The notes: a model not told the origin generated them from the sequence alone. 64,000 nucleotides of DNA from Lytechinus pictus (GCF_037042905.1 NC_087245.1:44146001-44210000), one strand, 5' to 3'; shown: positions 51,060 to 64,000, counted from the first letter of the stretch. Numbers and translations are program-made.

Positions 51060-54000
51060 TGGACATGGTGGACATTAAATTAAACAATGCGAGCGAATAG
51101 CGCGAGCTGAATATTATTATGGCCCGACAACTGGACATTCTAAGCAGGTTTTTTTAATGTAAATATCAAATTATATGTACCTCAGTAAACAATAATTGCA
51201 AGCGCGAAGCACAATAAGCTATTTTTTACATGTAGACATAAAAACTAGACATTCCTTTTGCACTTCTTGTAATAATGAATACGAAGGGTATATCATGCTC
51301 AACAATATATTTTTTTATATATATAATTGATCATGACTGGACGTTGTAAAACAATAAAGGACAAGCTGTTTGTAGCGCGAACTAAATTTACTGACATAAA
51401 AGTGAATATCTTAAAAGCGCTGCCCAACACGTAAGAAACTTGTGAAGATGATAATGGAACAGTCTGAATGATGCGAGCGCGAAGCGCGAGCTAACAATTT
51501 TGGCGACTGGGACATATGGCCGGGCAATTTTAATCACTGTACGTAAAAAAGAATGGGCTTGATTGTAAGGCGATTTAGACCTAAAACCTATATACATTCA
51601 AATCTCTCTCGGAACATGAAGCAATTAATTAGAACCGCCCTGTGTGACAGTATATTCTAATCACTGTCGGTATAGCATATATATACACGGAGTAATGGAA
51701 CATTCCTTCGTGACCCAACAGTTATATCATTTTTCCGGTAGGCGTCAGTCCGACAGCCTCTTTTCTTTTCATTTTTTTTCTTTCCTTCTTCCACTTTTCT
51801 TCTTTCTCTTCTTCCCCATCCTCACTTCTATTTCCCCCCTCTCCCCCTTACCCCGACATGGGAAGGGGGGGGGGTCATACCCTGTTAGAGACGGCCTTTC
51901 AATATCGACGGAAATACAATTATGCTCATTCACAAGAATTTGTTTTAAAATACACGAATTTAAGTGTATTGTTATGTGATAGTTGTGGTGATGATGTATG
52001 ACTAATTGTTCCATGGAATTTGAATGTTTCAGTGATTGGATCGAGCAGAAAAGGGAACTTTCGTGATTGATAACGTGTGACTAATTACACTATTTCATTT
52101 TTCATTATTTTCCCCAAATGAATGATATCATGAGGATATATTATTTTACATTTGTTTTATATTGATTTGTTATACTCGTATTTATTAGAAATTTTCATAT
52201 TGTAATGCTAATTTAATTAATTTATTTTTAGGGACCCCGGGGAAGAACAGGTTGGCTATTAATAGCCAATCTGAAACGGGTCTATCCCTACGATTCTGTA
52301 TTACATGCATTGTAAGCTTCATTACTGTTATATTGTTAATTTGTTATATTGTTTTTTTTTTATTATTTGATTATGTAATGTTATTTTGTTTATATTTATG
52401 CATTTTTTTAATCGTGAATATAACCAACCAATATAAACAATACCAGATCGAAGGTAAAGGATGCTTCATATACGCTGAGGTTTCATATAAATTGTATGAA
52501 GAAAATCAATAACCAATTTACAGGTTTTCAGGTAAACGAGCTAGAAAAGAACACAAAACACTATTTTCACGTAAGGTTCATATAGTAATCAGGGATGTGT
52601 AAAAAAAATCTGACTTCTTTTTTACTGTAAAGAATTTACGGAAGGAGGATCGAGAGAGGGGAAGCAGAAGAAAAGAAAAGAGCGGCCGAAAGAAATGGAA
52701 AATGTAAAAGAAAAGTGATATGATTTGAAAGATGTCATGAGCGGATTATATGGCGGAGAAACTGAAAGAATTATTGACCCCAATCATGGATAAAATTAAA
52801 CACGATTCCTGCCCTTACAAAAAAACCAATCAAATAAAAAAAAATAAAAAACCAACAAAGTTTATGGATAATAATTTGTAGGTCTAATAGTCATTATAGT
52901 CCGGGGTCTAGGAGTTGAGATGTTTTGGGTTTGCAACTACCCTATCTACCACGTTCCAAAATAAAGTCCAAAACGGATAGGCCCCGATCGATCGGAGGGG
53001 GGGGGGGCAATACGTTGATCATGTTGATCATATAGTTTCTCCCCGGGAGTTTCTCATAAGCATCTTACGTGAAGATAGGCCCACCGAAGATTTTGATGGG
53101 ATGGGAAATCCGGGATGGGAATATCTTTGTTGGGGGAGCTCGTGGAGAACGTAAAAACACACACACACACACACACACACAAAAAAACCACGATGGTGGA
53201 TGTTTCCATGCCAGGGGGGGGGAGAAGGAGAGGTCACTGCCTTTATTCCGAGTTCCTACCCAGCTTTGCCCCGTGTATGTAAACATGCACATGACACACG
53301 AAGGCCTGTGACTACGTGGACGTAACATGACCAGAGTGGAGTTCGGATACATATTACAGCTCCATGATTGCATTACATGGAGCTACATTGCATTCTCTTC
53401 TCGAATCAGTCGACGGACGTTTCGTGACCAGGTAAAAGAGAATTATCAACAACCACAAGGATATATCTTGTAGTGCATGCAAAGGTAAACTAAAGAAAAG
53501 AACAGAGGGATTTTTTTTTTTTGGGGGGGGGCACAATATAGCTTCTGGAAAATCACGCTCCATCCCCGGCCCCCATGATCCATAAAAAAAACTACTATTA
53601 CTCTACACTGTAGATCCGAGATTGTATTTGTAGCCCCGGTTTGTCGCGTTCTTTTCTGTTGTTGTCGTTTTATTTGCTACTAATTTACGTCGCCAAAATA
53701 TAAATTCATCAAAATCCCATGGTCTGTAAGTCTACAAAGTTCATTATGAGGCATACATGTAGCATATTCAAATGTACAGACCACAGACGGAATGGACATT
53801 CACGAGTTCGACACAGTTTGACACTATGATCATGGACCTATGATATTCCCCCAATGTTATGCACAAGCGACACACACAGCTACACACTTTCACACAGGCA
53901 ATAAGCAACGCACATGCATCGATCGCTTATCGCACACACCGAGCGGAGACACAGAAAAAACCCAAAACAAATAACTTCGCCCCATAGAGATGTATACTAA

Positions 54001-54326
54001 TATATCTCTATGCTTCGCCCACAGATCACGCAAGAAGCGAAATTCCCCGCGGTAAGCTCCGCCTACTTTCTTGCATACATCACAAGGTGGCGCTATATAA
54101 TATCGATTTAAATTGGAAACAGAATCATGAATCAACCGTCGAGAAGTGCATTTTTCTCTTCAAACATTGCCTCAGATTTTCAGTTTTTAAAAACACTTCC
54201 CGAACATGTTATGATCCCAAACTTTCACATGGGTATTTTTGAGCTGTTAGTCAAATGTTCATACCATTTTCAAAAAGCAATATGATAATTTTTTCAATTG
54301 CTCACAAAGTGAAACAATCCCTTTAA

Positions 54327-54982
54327 TGTACAAGTTTATCAATAAACAATTACCTTTACCTTTTAATAATATGTTTGTAAAAAATGATACAATTCATAAG
54401 CACTTCCCTCGCCAGGCGAGTTCCTTTCATTTACCTCTGAATAGAACATCGTTTGCACAGAAGACATTTGTTTTTACTGGTCCAAAATTATGGAATTCTT
54501 TTTCAAAGGATATTGTACAATGTAATTCAATACAAAATTTCAAAGGAAAACTTAAAAAATATATTCTGAATTCATACTAGATTATTGTTTTTTCACAAAG
54601 TAATGTAATTCAGAACTTACTATGTAAATGTATTTATTAATTTCTCTTTGTATATATGTTTAATCGTTTTATGATTTCTGTATACAGTGTATACTGAATC
54701 ATTTATTTATTTTTATTATCATTTTTTTTATTCATTATATATATATATATATTGTTTATTTCTTTATTTTATCTTATTTTTTATTCATAAAATGTACTTC
54801 TGAAAGGGGGCCTTCACCCTACAAGCTCTGCTTTTTAGTTGGTCTCCTTTTCTTTCGATTTCATAGTATTATTGTATTATAGAAATGATTTAAATTTTAT
54901 ATTTTGTAAATATGTATTTTGAACTATCATTGTAAATGTATAAAGATTGAAAGAGAAAATAAATGAATTGAATTGAATTGAA
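54327..54982 (+). mobile_element. CR1/Crack-like LINE, 3' half of the split copy with (GAATT)n tail
   Basis: MYKFINKQLP..F..N..IH....RQ...FHLP..RT..AQKT..FTGPKLWNS, stop at 54580. 3' UTR ends AATAAAT(GAATT)3. Confidence 0.92.
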
Positions 54983-55428
54983 CAGTTATATGCGCATCGT
55001 CATGAATATTCATTAGGTGGGCTGATGATGTCACATCCCACTTTCCGTTTTGTTATGTTATCACATGAAATCAAAAGTGTTTCATTTTTTTCACACATGT
55101 GTAAGTTATGTGTCTCTATTTGCGGCAATAAATAACTAATGCACTTAATCAGTTGTCAATCTAATTGTATTAGTTCTCGGTAGAAAAAAAAATTGAATAA
55201 ACATGATTTCATATAATAATTAAGATACAAAAGAACAAGTTGGATATGACATCATCAGCCCACCTAATGAATATTCATAAAGACATGCCTAGAACTGTTT
55301 CACCGGAATAATGCAAATCTTTAAAATTCAATAACTTTATTATTTGTGATCCGATTTTGATCAAATTTTGCTCTGTGAATTTTACTCTATTTATTGAGAT
55401 ATAAATATTTCCAGCCTGGACCATCCCT
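54983..55428. mobile_element. Right portion of a Kolobok-type MITE
   Basis: Similar to the 3365 family interior. Ends GGACCATCCCT followed by TTAA. Confidence 0.65.
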
Positions 55429-55429
55429 T

Positions 55430-55664
55430 TAAGTGTTTCGCACTCTTCGCGTGCTCACTACTGCCCCCTAAACTGAAATCCTAGTTATGCCACTAATTCT
55501 AGACGGAATTACTGGGAAATATTTGGCTCTGCCCCCTCCCCCCCTCTGAAAACAGGCACCTGTTACGCCGCTGCAACGAGGCGCCTTAAACCACTCGACC
55601 GCGGCACCCGAAGAAGGGGGAAAAAGTCAGTCTCGCGGGCCCTTGGTCTCGCGGGCTGTCACCT
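55430..55664 (-). mobile_element. Orphan right terminus of the 31341 foldback family
   Basis: Reverse complement of 31341-31610 down to the terminal GGTCTCGCGGGCTGTCACCT. Confidence 0.8.
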
Positions 55665-57888
55665 GAAATATCCCCTTCCATGATTTTATGTCAGTAGGCC
55701 TATATCAATTATTTCAGCGCTTTCCATGCACATTAAAGGGACGGACAAGGAATAATGAAGTTATGCCATTTTAAAGATTTGCATTATTTTAGTGAAACAG
55801 TTCTATGCATATCTTCATGAATTTATTCTATACATACATGTAATCCTCACTTGTTCTTTTGTATTTTTATTTCATGAAATTATTTTTTTTTCCAATTTTA
55901 TCCTCTTTATTTGAAAGCGTGCTTAAAATGTATAGTTTTCATATTGGAATGACACATATTTTCAGCTCGCGCTTTGCACTCGCTGCGCATCATTTCCTTT
56001 AGCAAGACATCCATCCTTTTTTATTTTTACAAAAAGTTAATAGAATGTCCCGTTTGGGATATAAAGTTCAAAAAGTGCGCGTTTCACATTTGCAATAATT
56101 GTTTATTGGATATATATCTTGTTCTCAAATTAAAACGTCCATAGATTTTTTTTTTCAGATCAAAATAACAAATAAAATTCAGTCGATCAATTAAGATACC
56201 CATCCTTGTAATTGATACAAAGAGTGTTTAGAATGTCAAGCTTTCAGTCAGAATACGAACAAAAATCAGCTCGCACTTTGCACTCGCGTTAATAGTTTAT
56301 TCAGATAACATCGTGATGATTAAAAAAAATGCTTAGAATGTCAAGTTTTCAGGTTAGACTATATGCAGAAGTTCTAGCTCGCGATTCGCGGTCGCATTTT
56401 TATTGGTGAGATAATAATCCTCCTCATGAGTCATTGCAAATAGTTTTTTTTTTCTCTTTCATGGGCCATGAAAGCTTAATTGTTTCTTCTCCTTCCCATT
56501 TAATTCTCTCCATCGTTTCTGCCGACTTCAGCATTAGACAAAGTCATGACACCTGTTCTGGAACGAGAATCATGGGAATCGTACTATCAATCTCAGCAAA
56601 GTACAGCGGAGAAATCGTAACAATTACTGAAAGAACATATATAGCAAAGAAATTTAGAAATTTTAAGTTCTAAATGAGATGCTAATATTCAACATTTGTA
56701 GTATGAATTATTTAAAATTCCAAAGGCATTAAATACCGTATATAATTCTTGGGATTTTTTTTTCGTTGGCAATTTTCCCTCTTTTCAAAGTGATGTTGAA
56801 AATAAGTTGTGTAATAATAATTTGACAAGGATGAAGAGCTACGATATTTATGGGTACGTAGGTGGAGGGTGCCTTATATGATTTATATCTGTATGATCCG
56901 GAGTGATTCAGTAAAGCACAAATTTGTAGCATATTCAAGAACAAATGTTACGGAAGTTAATGCGTTACGGAAGTTAATGTCTTTATGCTTTATGGTCCAA
57001 CGTAGTCCTTATTTAGAAGCCCTACCTTTGAAAACTGTATTTATTATGAAAGGTGTCTCTTATCTTATATAATACTGAATCCTTAACAGAACTGCTAAAG
57101 TACATATTTTTAAAGGTGCGTTACGGATATTAAAGCTGTTTAGTCATACATTTCATTTTTTAGAACAATCCCTCATTTCCGTGTTATTCAGGAAACACAT
57201 ATAATTCCCAATCAATTATTTATTAATGAATATCCCTCGACTTGCAGACACATTATCATATAACATCAGTCAGTTTGAAAGGGAAAATAACTTGTGGCAA
57301 TTTTCGTTACGGAAGTTAAAATGAATTCGGGACAAAGTTAAAAGTGAAAATAATCACAAAGTAATCATCAAATACTAGGATAAGCGCAATATGTCAGACG
57401 GTTACACCAAGCTGCCCTCACCAGACATAAATGTAAGTTAGAAATACAGACTACTTATAAAAGAGAATGATAGTAAAATCTAAAACTGACCAGAGACAGT
57501 GTCGATTCTAATAAGAGGCAAGAATAAAAGGCTTTTGTTATAAAATTACAGCTTTACTCGTCACTGGTCGCATATACTTTGTGAAGCTAGACTATTAATG
57601 TCATTGTCTTGGCTATATTTTTGTAGAAAATGTTCTGGGGTGTAAAAATAGCGGCCATAAGATAGTCGAGACAATTTTTTTTTGTGAATTTTAACGTGTT
57701 TTTTTAGAATGGCCCCCATTATAAGTAACGAACTCTTCTCCATCCAAGTTTAAATCCACTTTGGAAACATACTTATTAAAAAAATTTTTTTAATGAGTTA
57801 GTGCCACGATTTCCTGCAAATTTCTCATTTTTCTTTGCCTTTGCTGTCTCCTTCAAAAGCGCATAGAGACGCATTTGGCAGGGTATCA

Positions 57889-58065
57889 GGACAACTACCC
57901 CCTGGACAATCACCCCCCGGACAACTACCCCCGGACAATTACCCCCGAGGACAATTACCCCCCGGACAACTACCCCCCGGACAACTACCCCCCGGACAAT
58001 TACCCCCGGACAATTACCCCCCGGACAACTACCCCCGGACAACTACCCCCCGGACAATTACCCCC
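57889..58065. repeat. Minisatellite, ~12 x GGACAA(C/T)TACCCCC(C)
   Basis: Direct count of 14-16-bp units. A degenerate relative lies at 35128-35240. Confidence 0.95.
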
Positions 58066-60889
58066 TAGACAAAGGGAGTGCACAGAGTCATACGTCGGCC
58101 GTACGTTTGACGTAAGAAGTACTCAAGGCATTCTCGAGTATCTTGGAATCAAACGTACGCCGTAAGAAAGCTGTAAAATTGAGCTCCATCCATAGTCGGA
58201 TCCAGGGGGGCCGAGGGGCCCGCCCCCCCCCCCCCCTATCGGCAGAGCAAAAAAATGAAAAAAAGGGGGAAAGAAAGAAAAAAAGAAAAAGAAGGGGAAA
58301 GAAAGGAAGAAAAATAAGAGGGAAACGAGTGAAAAAAAAAGGTCAGGGGATGACTTGGAAAATGATTAAAAAATATATTTCATGTCACTATATTAATTTT
58401 TTCGCTCGCGCTTCGGGCTCGCATAGCCTGTTCGATGAGATAAACATCTTGCTAAATAGGCTGATATGTAGCTTAAAATGTCAAGTTTTGAAGTCGATAT
58501 TACAAAGCATATTTCAGCTCGGACATTATTCATAATTTTGTTTGATTTACAAACTGATTTTTAAGTGCTCTGTTTAATGTCCGTTCTATGGTGTGAATAT
58601 AACTTGCAGCTTGCGCTTTGCGCTCGCATTATTTGATTTGCCAAATTATATAACAAACTACTTAAAACCCCCCTTTTATGACAGTTTACCAACAATTTTG
58701 TCTCACGATTTGCGCTCGCATTTTTGTTAAAAATATATCAACTCACAAATCCTATTCATGATTACAAAAGTGCTTAAAATATCCAGTTTTCAGGCCTCAG
58801 TGTCAACACAATTTACTCACTCATTTAGGCTTCTTACATTAATAAATATGATAATAAAATTTTCATGAATTCTTAATGACTAAATTTTCCCTTTTCAGAA
58901 AAGAATATCGACAATATCACAGTTTCATATGTTTCATATCGCGCTCAGGAAGAGGAATAAGAAAGTTGTCATCATTTTCATATGATGACAAAATGTCCTT
59001 AGACCTAGAATGTCCAGGTCCTAGGTCAAAATAATAATGAAGATATCAGCTCGCGCTTCACACTCGCATCATTTATTAAGTGCTTTCCACATCCACTTCA
59101 CAATTTCCGTACACAATGCTTTAGATAGTGCTCAAATTCACCATTTTCATACCGGAATATCAAGTATTTTCCGCTCGCGCTTCGCGCTCGCATTGCTTTT
59201 TCGATGAGATTAATATCTTGCTCAATATAGGCTGATATGGAGCTTAAAATATCAAGTTTCGAAGTTAATATACAAAACATATTTCATCTCGGATATCGAG
59301 CTTTCATTATTTTTAAATTTACAAATTGATTTTTCAAGTGCTTTGTAAAATGTCCGTTTTATGGTCTAAATATTAATATTTTCAGCTCACGGTGCTCGGT
59401 CGCATTATTTGATTTGCATAGGCCTACTTCTTTATAAATTCTTACAAACCGTCCTTAAATTACACCTTAAACGAATTGTATACTATCATGATTGCCAATT
59501 TGTATAGAAAAAACACTGTATTTGATTATGTCATATTGTTTAGTAAATTTGGTACTTAATTTCCTTCTTTAATGTTTAATTGCTTTCACCCAAGAATAAT
59601 ACACACAAAAACATCTTGTAATTTACAAGGTGTTCTTGTGTGTATTATCTTTGCATAAAGTTTTTTTTAGCTTACTGTATTAAGTTATAAAGCCACATCT
59701 TAATCTGGAATGTGCACCAATTGTTTCATAATGCTTAGCTTCTTGTTAGTTGAACTGTTTTAAAATAACAGATTTATAGGTCTACTTGACAGTGTTAGTG
59801 TTGATAGTTGCGTTATCGACTTTCAATATTTCTACCTATAAAGGTGTCTTTTTTACGTTTTATCTATTTGCCTGATTTCTTACCTGAAATTAAACCCAAA
59901 ATAAATATTTTAAAAAATCAGATCAGTTGGAATCAGAGATATTCAGCATTTGTGATTATTATGACTAATCGTGTTCAATTGTTCTATGAAAACTTAGAAT
60001 GAGGGCCAGTTTACAAATTTTCTGATGTATAAATGCATAGCCAAACGGGAGGTTTCGGGTGCAAGCCCCCCCCCCCCCCCATTTTTCATGATGCAGAAGG
60101 CGCCGCTAAACAAAAACGAAAAAGGAAAAAAGAAGAAAGTGAGAGAACAGGAGAAAGAGCAATATAAAAGAGAAAGAAAAATTTATTAACGTAAGATAAA
60201 GTAGAAAATATTTCGGAAACCTGTGCCACCGACCAAAACTTACAATGGGTCCCGCTTGTTACAATAGTCCGGGTTATAATTGAGCAAGGTGCCACTTGGA
60301 GAAGGAGAAATTTTCATATAGTGCCTCTAGACCAGTTTTTTACGCTGAATATGAATATATGAGGTAAACAGGCTGTATCCTGAAAATTAATCCGTGAGGG
60401 CGCTTTTTTCAAAATGGCCGCCAAATTTTCATAAAATTTGAATATTCGTACATAGATTTTGACATAAGCATCCAATTGCCATGAAGTTAGTGTCATATGA
60501 AAGCCAATTAAATTTCCTTCAATTTGATACTATTTATAGGGGATAAGTAGGTCATTTGACCGAGATTTAAAGTAGAAAACTGCATTTTTTGTATTTTTTC
60601 CCAAAAATTGAAAAGTTTGCAAATACATGATTTTACATAATTCTAAGAAAAATGAAGATTACCTTGAAATGTTCCTGAAAACTGTATTACTATATTATTA
60701 TCACATGGATGAAATTTAAACTCTGTATCATTTTTCTAAGCAAATTTATAAGGTATCAAACTTGAATTCTTCAATATCAGAAATGTTGCTTTTTGTATGC
60801 ATTTCCATAGACTAATACGTATAACATGTATAATACATGTATGTATAATGTATAGTTAAAACTTAAATGCAATTATCTCCGCTAGTTAA

Positions 60890-63800
60890 TGTAGGCTTTT
60901 CTCTATCAGCTACATAGAAGAAAGTGTTGGCACATCGAAGCCTAACACATTCTCATGGGGTGGGGGTGTCGAAGTCCCCCCCCCCCCCCACCCCGTGGCC
61001 ATATCATGTTGTTGTATTTATTGGAAAATCACTATTTTCTGAAGCACCCATTGAGGCAAAAGGCAATTCTTTTTATACAGTACAGCCACTTTAATTACTT
61101 TAAAACCACTTGGAGAGGAAAAGAGTAGGCTTTGTTCTACCAGCTACATCAAAAGAAGTAGAACATCGAAGCCTACCTCTCTCGGTGGGGAGGGGGGGGG
61201 GGGTATGGAGGTCACCCCTCCCCCTTTTGCTAATTGCTAATTCATTTGGAAATTCACCATTTTTGACCCAACATTGAGGCAAAAAAGTGTTTGTGCATTA
61301 TAGTACACCCCATTTTATTGATTTGAAAGAGTAGAGTTCGTTCTACCAGCTACATAAATAAGCGCACGCACATCGAACCCTAGCCCTCTCAGGTGCTGTC
61401 AAAGTCACCCCCCCCCCTCCTCTATATCATGTATATTGCCTATTTATTGAAAATTACACCATTTTAAATCACCAATAAGGCAAAAGGGCATTTCTACTAT
61501 ACAGTGCGTATAGAAAAAACGGGACAGATTTGAAAAGTCTATAAAATGTTTGTTTCAAATTATGATGTCTATATTTTGGTGTTAATATGTGCTCTAAGGT
61601 CTTATCTTTCAAATGCTATTAAAAAAATTTAGTTTCGTTCATGCTTGAGCGAACACGGAATGTTTTTGTCTGGGGTTTAAAAGGAGGCTTGCACCAAAAT
61701 GGCATAAAATTATAAATATGATGATCGGACTTCTTGCTAATTAGCAGACTTCCTCTTAACCTTTTCACTATCTTTGCCATGATTTTCAAATCATGCGGTC
61801 AAAATTCATTTTCAGATCTATTTATTTGCTTGAATTATTCTGTTGTTTCTTTTTAATATGCTCTCTGTTAGCTTTGAATATTCCTTCTTCAAGCTAAAAC
61901 AATTTTTCTTTCAATCGAATTATGGGAGAGCAAGGATTTTTTTATTCAAATCCTTTCATTGAGTGCTACAAAGGTTATGGTGCCTTTTTAACAGTGCCAC
62001 ACAGATGGGCGGGTGCTCGGGATGCCCCCCCCCCCCTCAAAAAAAAAATCATGACCAAGAAAAAGAGTGGACAGGAAATAAAAGGAAAGACAGAAAGTAA
62101 AATGTGTTATTTTCTAAATATTTTGTCAAAATCTATCACAAAATTTGATATTGTAATAAAAAAGTGGGAATATTTGCGTGCTCACTTCGCTCGCTCACAA
62201 CTTTTTAATACATTTTACCCGATCTTCCATATCTAGCTCCTTCAAAATTGACTCAATACATACAAGGGATTCATGTCATTGAAAGACATGAATCCCTTCC
62301 TGTGTTTACTGTCAAGCAAATAAACTTGGTCAAGGAATTAATGACCCCTTGAAAAAAAGGTTCATGTCTTTTAAAGGTACATAACATAGTTTGTTTCACA
62401 TAATAAAAGGATTTGAATAATAACAAGTTTTCCCAATTAATAATTCAAATCTTCTTGCTTGGGTTGACAAAAAATCTTCTTTTCTCAGTTACTTATGAAG
62501 GAAAATTAAAAGGTAAGAGAAGTTTAAATGAAAAAACAAAATATCAATTAAATGAATAAATTTGTGAATGAAATTTGACAGCATAATTCGAAAATTGTGG
62601 CACAGATAATGAAAAGGACAAGAGGAAGTCTCCCGATTAGCAAGAAGTCTGATCATCTGATCATCATATTATTCATATTCTGCAATTCTGGCGCAAGCCT
62701 CTTTTTGAACCCCCAACAAAAACGTCCTGCGTTCGCTCAAGCATGAACAAAATTTATCTTTTTTAATTGCATTTCAAAGATAAGACCTTAGCGCATCTAT
62801 TAACACCAAAATATAGACATCATTATTTGAAACAAAATTTTTATAGACTTTTCAAATCTGTCCCGTTTTTTTTTATACGCACTGTATAGTACAGCCAATT
62901 TTAATTTCTTGCAATGACTTGGATATTTATTGCATATTTATTGAAAAAAAAAATCACCGTTTTGAAACCCCCATTGAGGCAAAAAGTCATTTCTGATTAG
63001 AACTCTGCCTTTTTTACTACCTTGAAACCACTTGGAGAGGAAACAATCATGGCAATAGGCTTTGCTCTATCAGCTACATACAAATATGTGCTGGCAAATA
63101 CATGTAAAAGCCTACTCCCTTCAGGGGACTGTCGAAATTACCCCCCCCCCCTCTTGAAATTCACCATTTTGGAGCCCCCATTGAGGCAAAAGGGTATTTC
63201 TGATATATAGTTCTGCATTTTTTCACCCTTGAAACCACTTGGAGGGAAAAGAATAAAGGCTTTGCTTTAAAAGCTACATATAAAGCATATCCCCATCAGA
63301 GGACTGTTGAAATAACCCCACCCCCTTTTCATTATTGCTTATTTATTGAAAATTCACCATTTTGGTGCCCCCATTGAGACAAAAAGGCGGTTCTGATATA
63401 TAGTTCTGCCACTATCACCACCTTGAAAGAGTAGACTTTCCTCTATCAGCTATATAAAGAAGTGGCTCTACTATATACCAGAAACACCTTTTTGCCTCAA
63501 TGGGGGCTCGAAAATGGCGAGTTTTTCAATGAATTGGCAAAAATCGTAAAAAAGGTGGGGTTACAGCTACATGTATAGTCCCTGAAGTGGGTCAGGCGTC
63601 GATATGGCAGCAATTCGACATATATAGCTGAAAGAGGAGAACCTACTCTTTGCTCTCCAAATGGTTTCAAGAAAATGAAATCGGGTTTTTTTATACAGCA
63701 GAAGTGCATACTACCTCAATGGGGGCTCAAAATTGTGAATTTTCAAATAATTAGGCAATAATGCAAAAGGGATGGAATGGTTTGACAGCCGCCCAGATGG

Positions 63801-64000
63801 GTAAGCTTCAATGTGCCAACACTTCTTTATAGGTAGCTGATAGAGCAAAGCATATTCTGTCCAGCTACTCTTTCAAGGCAGTAAAAGTGGCAGAACTACA
63901 TACATGTATCAGAGATTCTTTTTTACCTCAATGGGGGCTCAAAAATTGTGAATTTTCCAATAAATAGGCAATAATGCAAAGGGGAGAGGGGGTGACTTTG
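60890..64000. repeat. ~190-230-bp tandem repeat array with a polarity switch
   Basis: Units contain CTCTATCAGCTACATA...AAATTCACCATTTT..CCCCATTGAGGCAAAA. Forward orientation at 60890-63460, reverse-complement orientation from ~63490. Confidence 0.8.
61502..62884. mobile_element. Tc1/mariner-type non-autonomous element, TA TSD
   Basis: CAGTGCGTATA.AAAAAACGGGACAGATTTGAAAAGTCTATAAAA and its reverse complement; ~250-bp inverted arms. TA at 61500-61501 and 62885-62886. Confidence 0.9.

Larger units (their letters stand above)
37826..54322. mobile_element. 16.5-kb Kolobok-type TIR element (TTAA TSD) with nested cargo
   Basis: Left end AGGGATCGTTTAACATTGTGAG; right end (reverse complement) AGGGATTGTTTCACTTTGTGAG. 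TTAA at 37822-37825 and 54323-54326. Removing it restores the LINE reading frame. Confidence 0.88.

Noticed and set aside
53028..53470. Short GC-rich ORFs as a possible Kolobok THAP/KolX remnant
   Set aside because: No recognisable C2CH THAP or DDE motif in the translations.
56725..57805. Possible TIR element with GTTACGGAAGTTAA repeats
   Set aside because: The terminal match is only 7/8 bp and there is no TSD, so boundaries cannot be supported.
57776..58165. PGQLP / PPDNY / GVVVR repeat ORFs
   Set aside because: By-products of a 14-16-bp minisatellite with variable unit length, so the frame is not conserved.

Overview
AT-rich, repeat-saturated animal genomic DNA. The repeat families and gene types point to a marine invertebrate, probably a sea urchin; this is an inference and is not confirmed. 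Host genes are few: an intronless + strand carbohydrate sulfotransferase ORF (272..1594) and the N-terminal coding exon of a - strand OATP/SLCO transporter (6727..6997). The next SLCO intron apparently runs off the left end of the window, which would make the sulfotransferase a nested antisense gene. A candidate first SLCO exon ending at 26742 would build the start codon across the splice junction (AT|G). The rest is non-autonomous DNA transposons with readable TIRs and TSDs (hAT 8 bp, Kolobok-type TTAA, CMC/EnSpm-like, Mutator-like 9 bp, Harbinger-like 3 bp, Tc1-like TA, a Helentron-like element), decayed CR1/L2-group LINEs and satellites, nested several levels deep. Highlights: (1) a ~175-bp SINE-like element at 30916..31090 whose head matches the 7SL/Alu domain, followed by a B box, a Deu-domain-like core and a (CA)n tail, which is a candidate independent origin of a 7SL-derived SINE; (2) a 16.5-kb TTAA-flanked element that splits a nearly intact LINE ORF2 in frame; (3) a Mutator-like foldback that appears to have moved with flanking DNA through a cryptic end. 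All family assignments come from visual inspection and recalled consensus motifs; no database searches were run.
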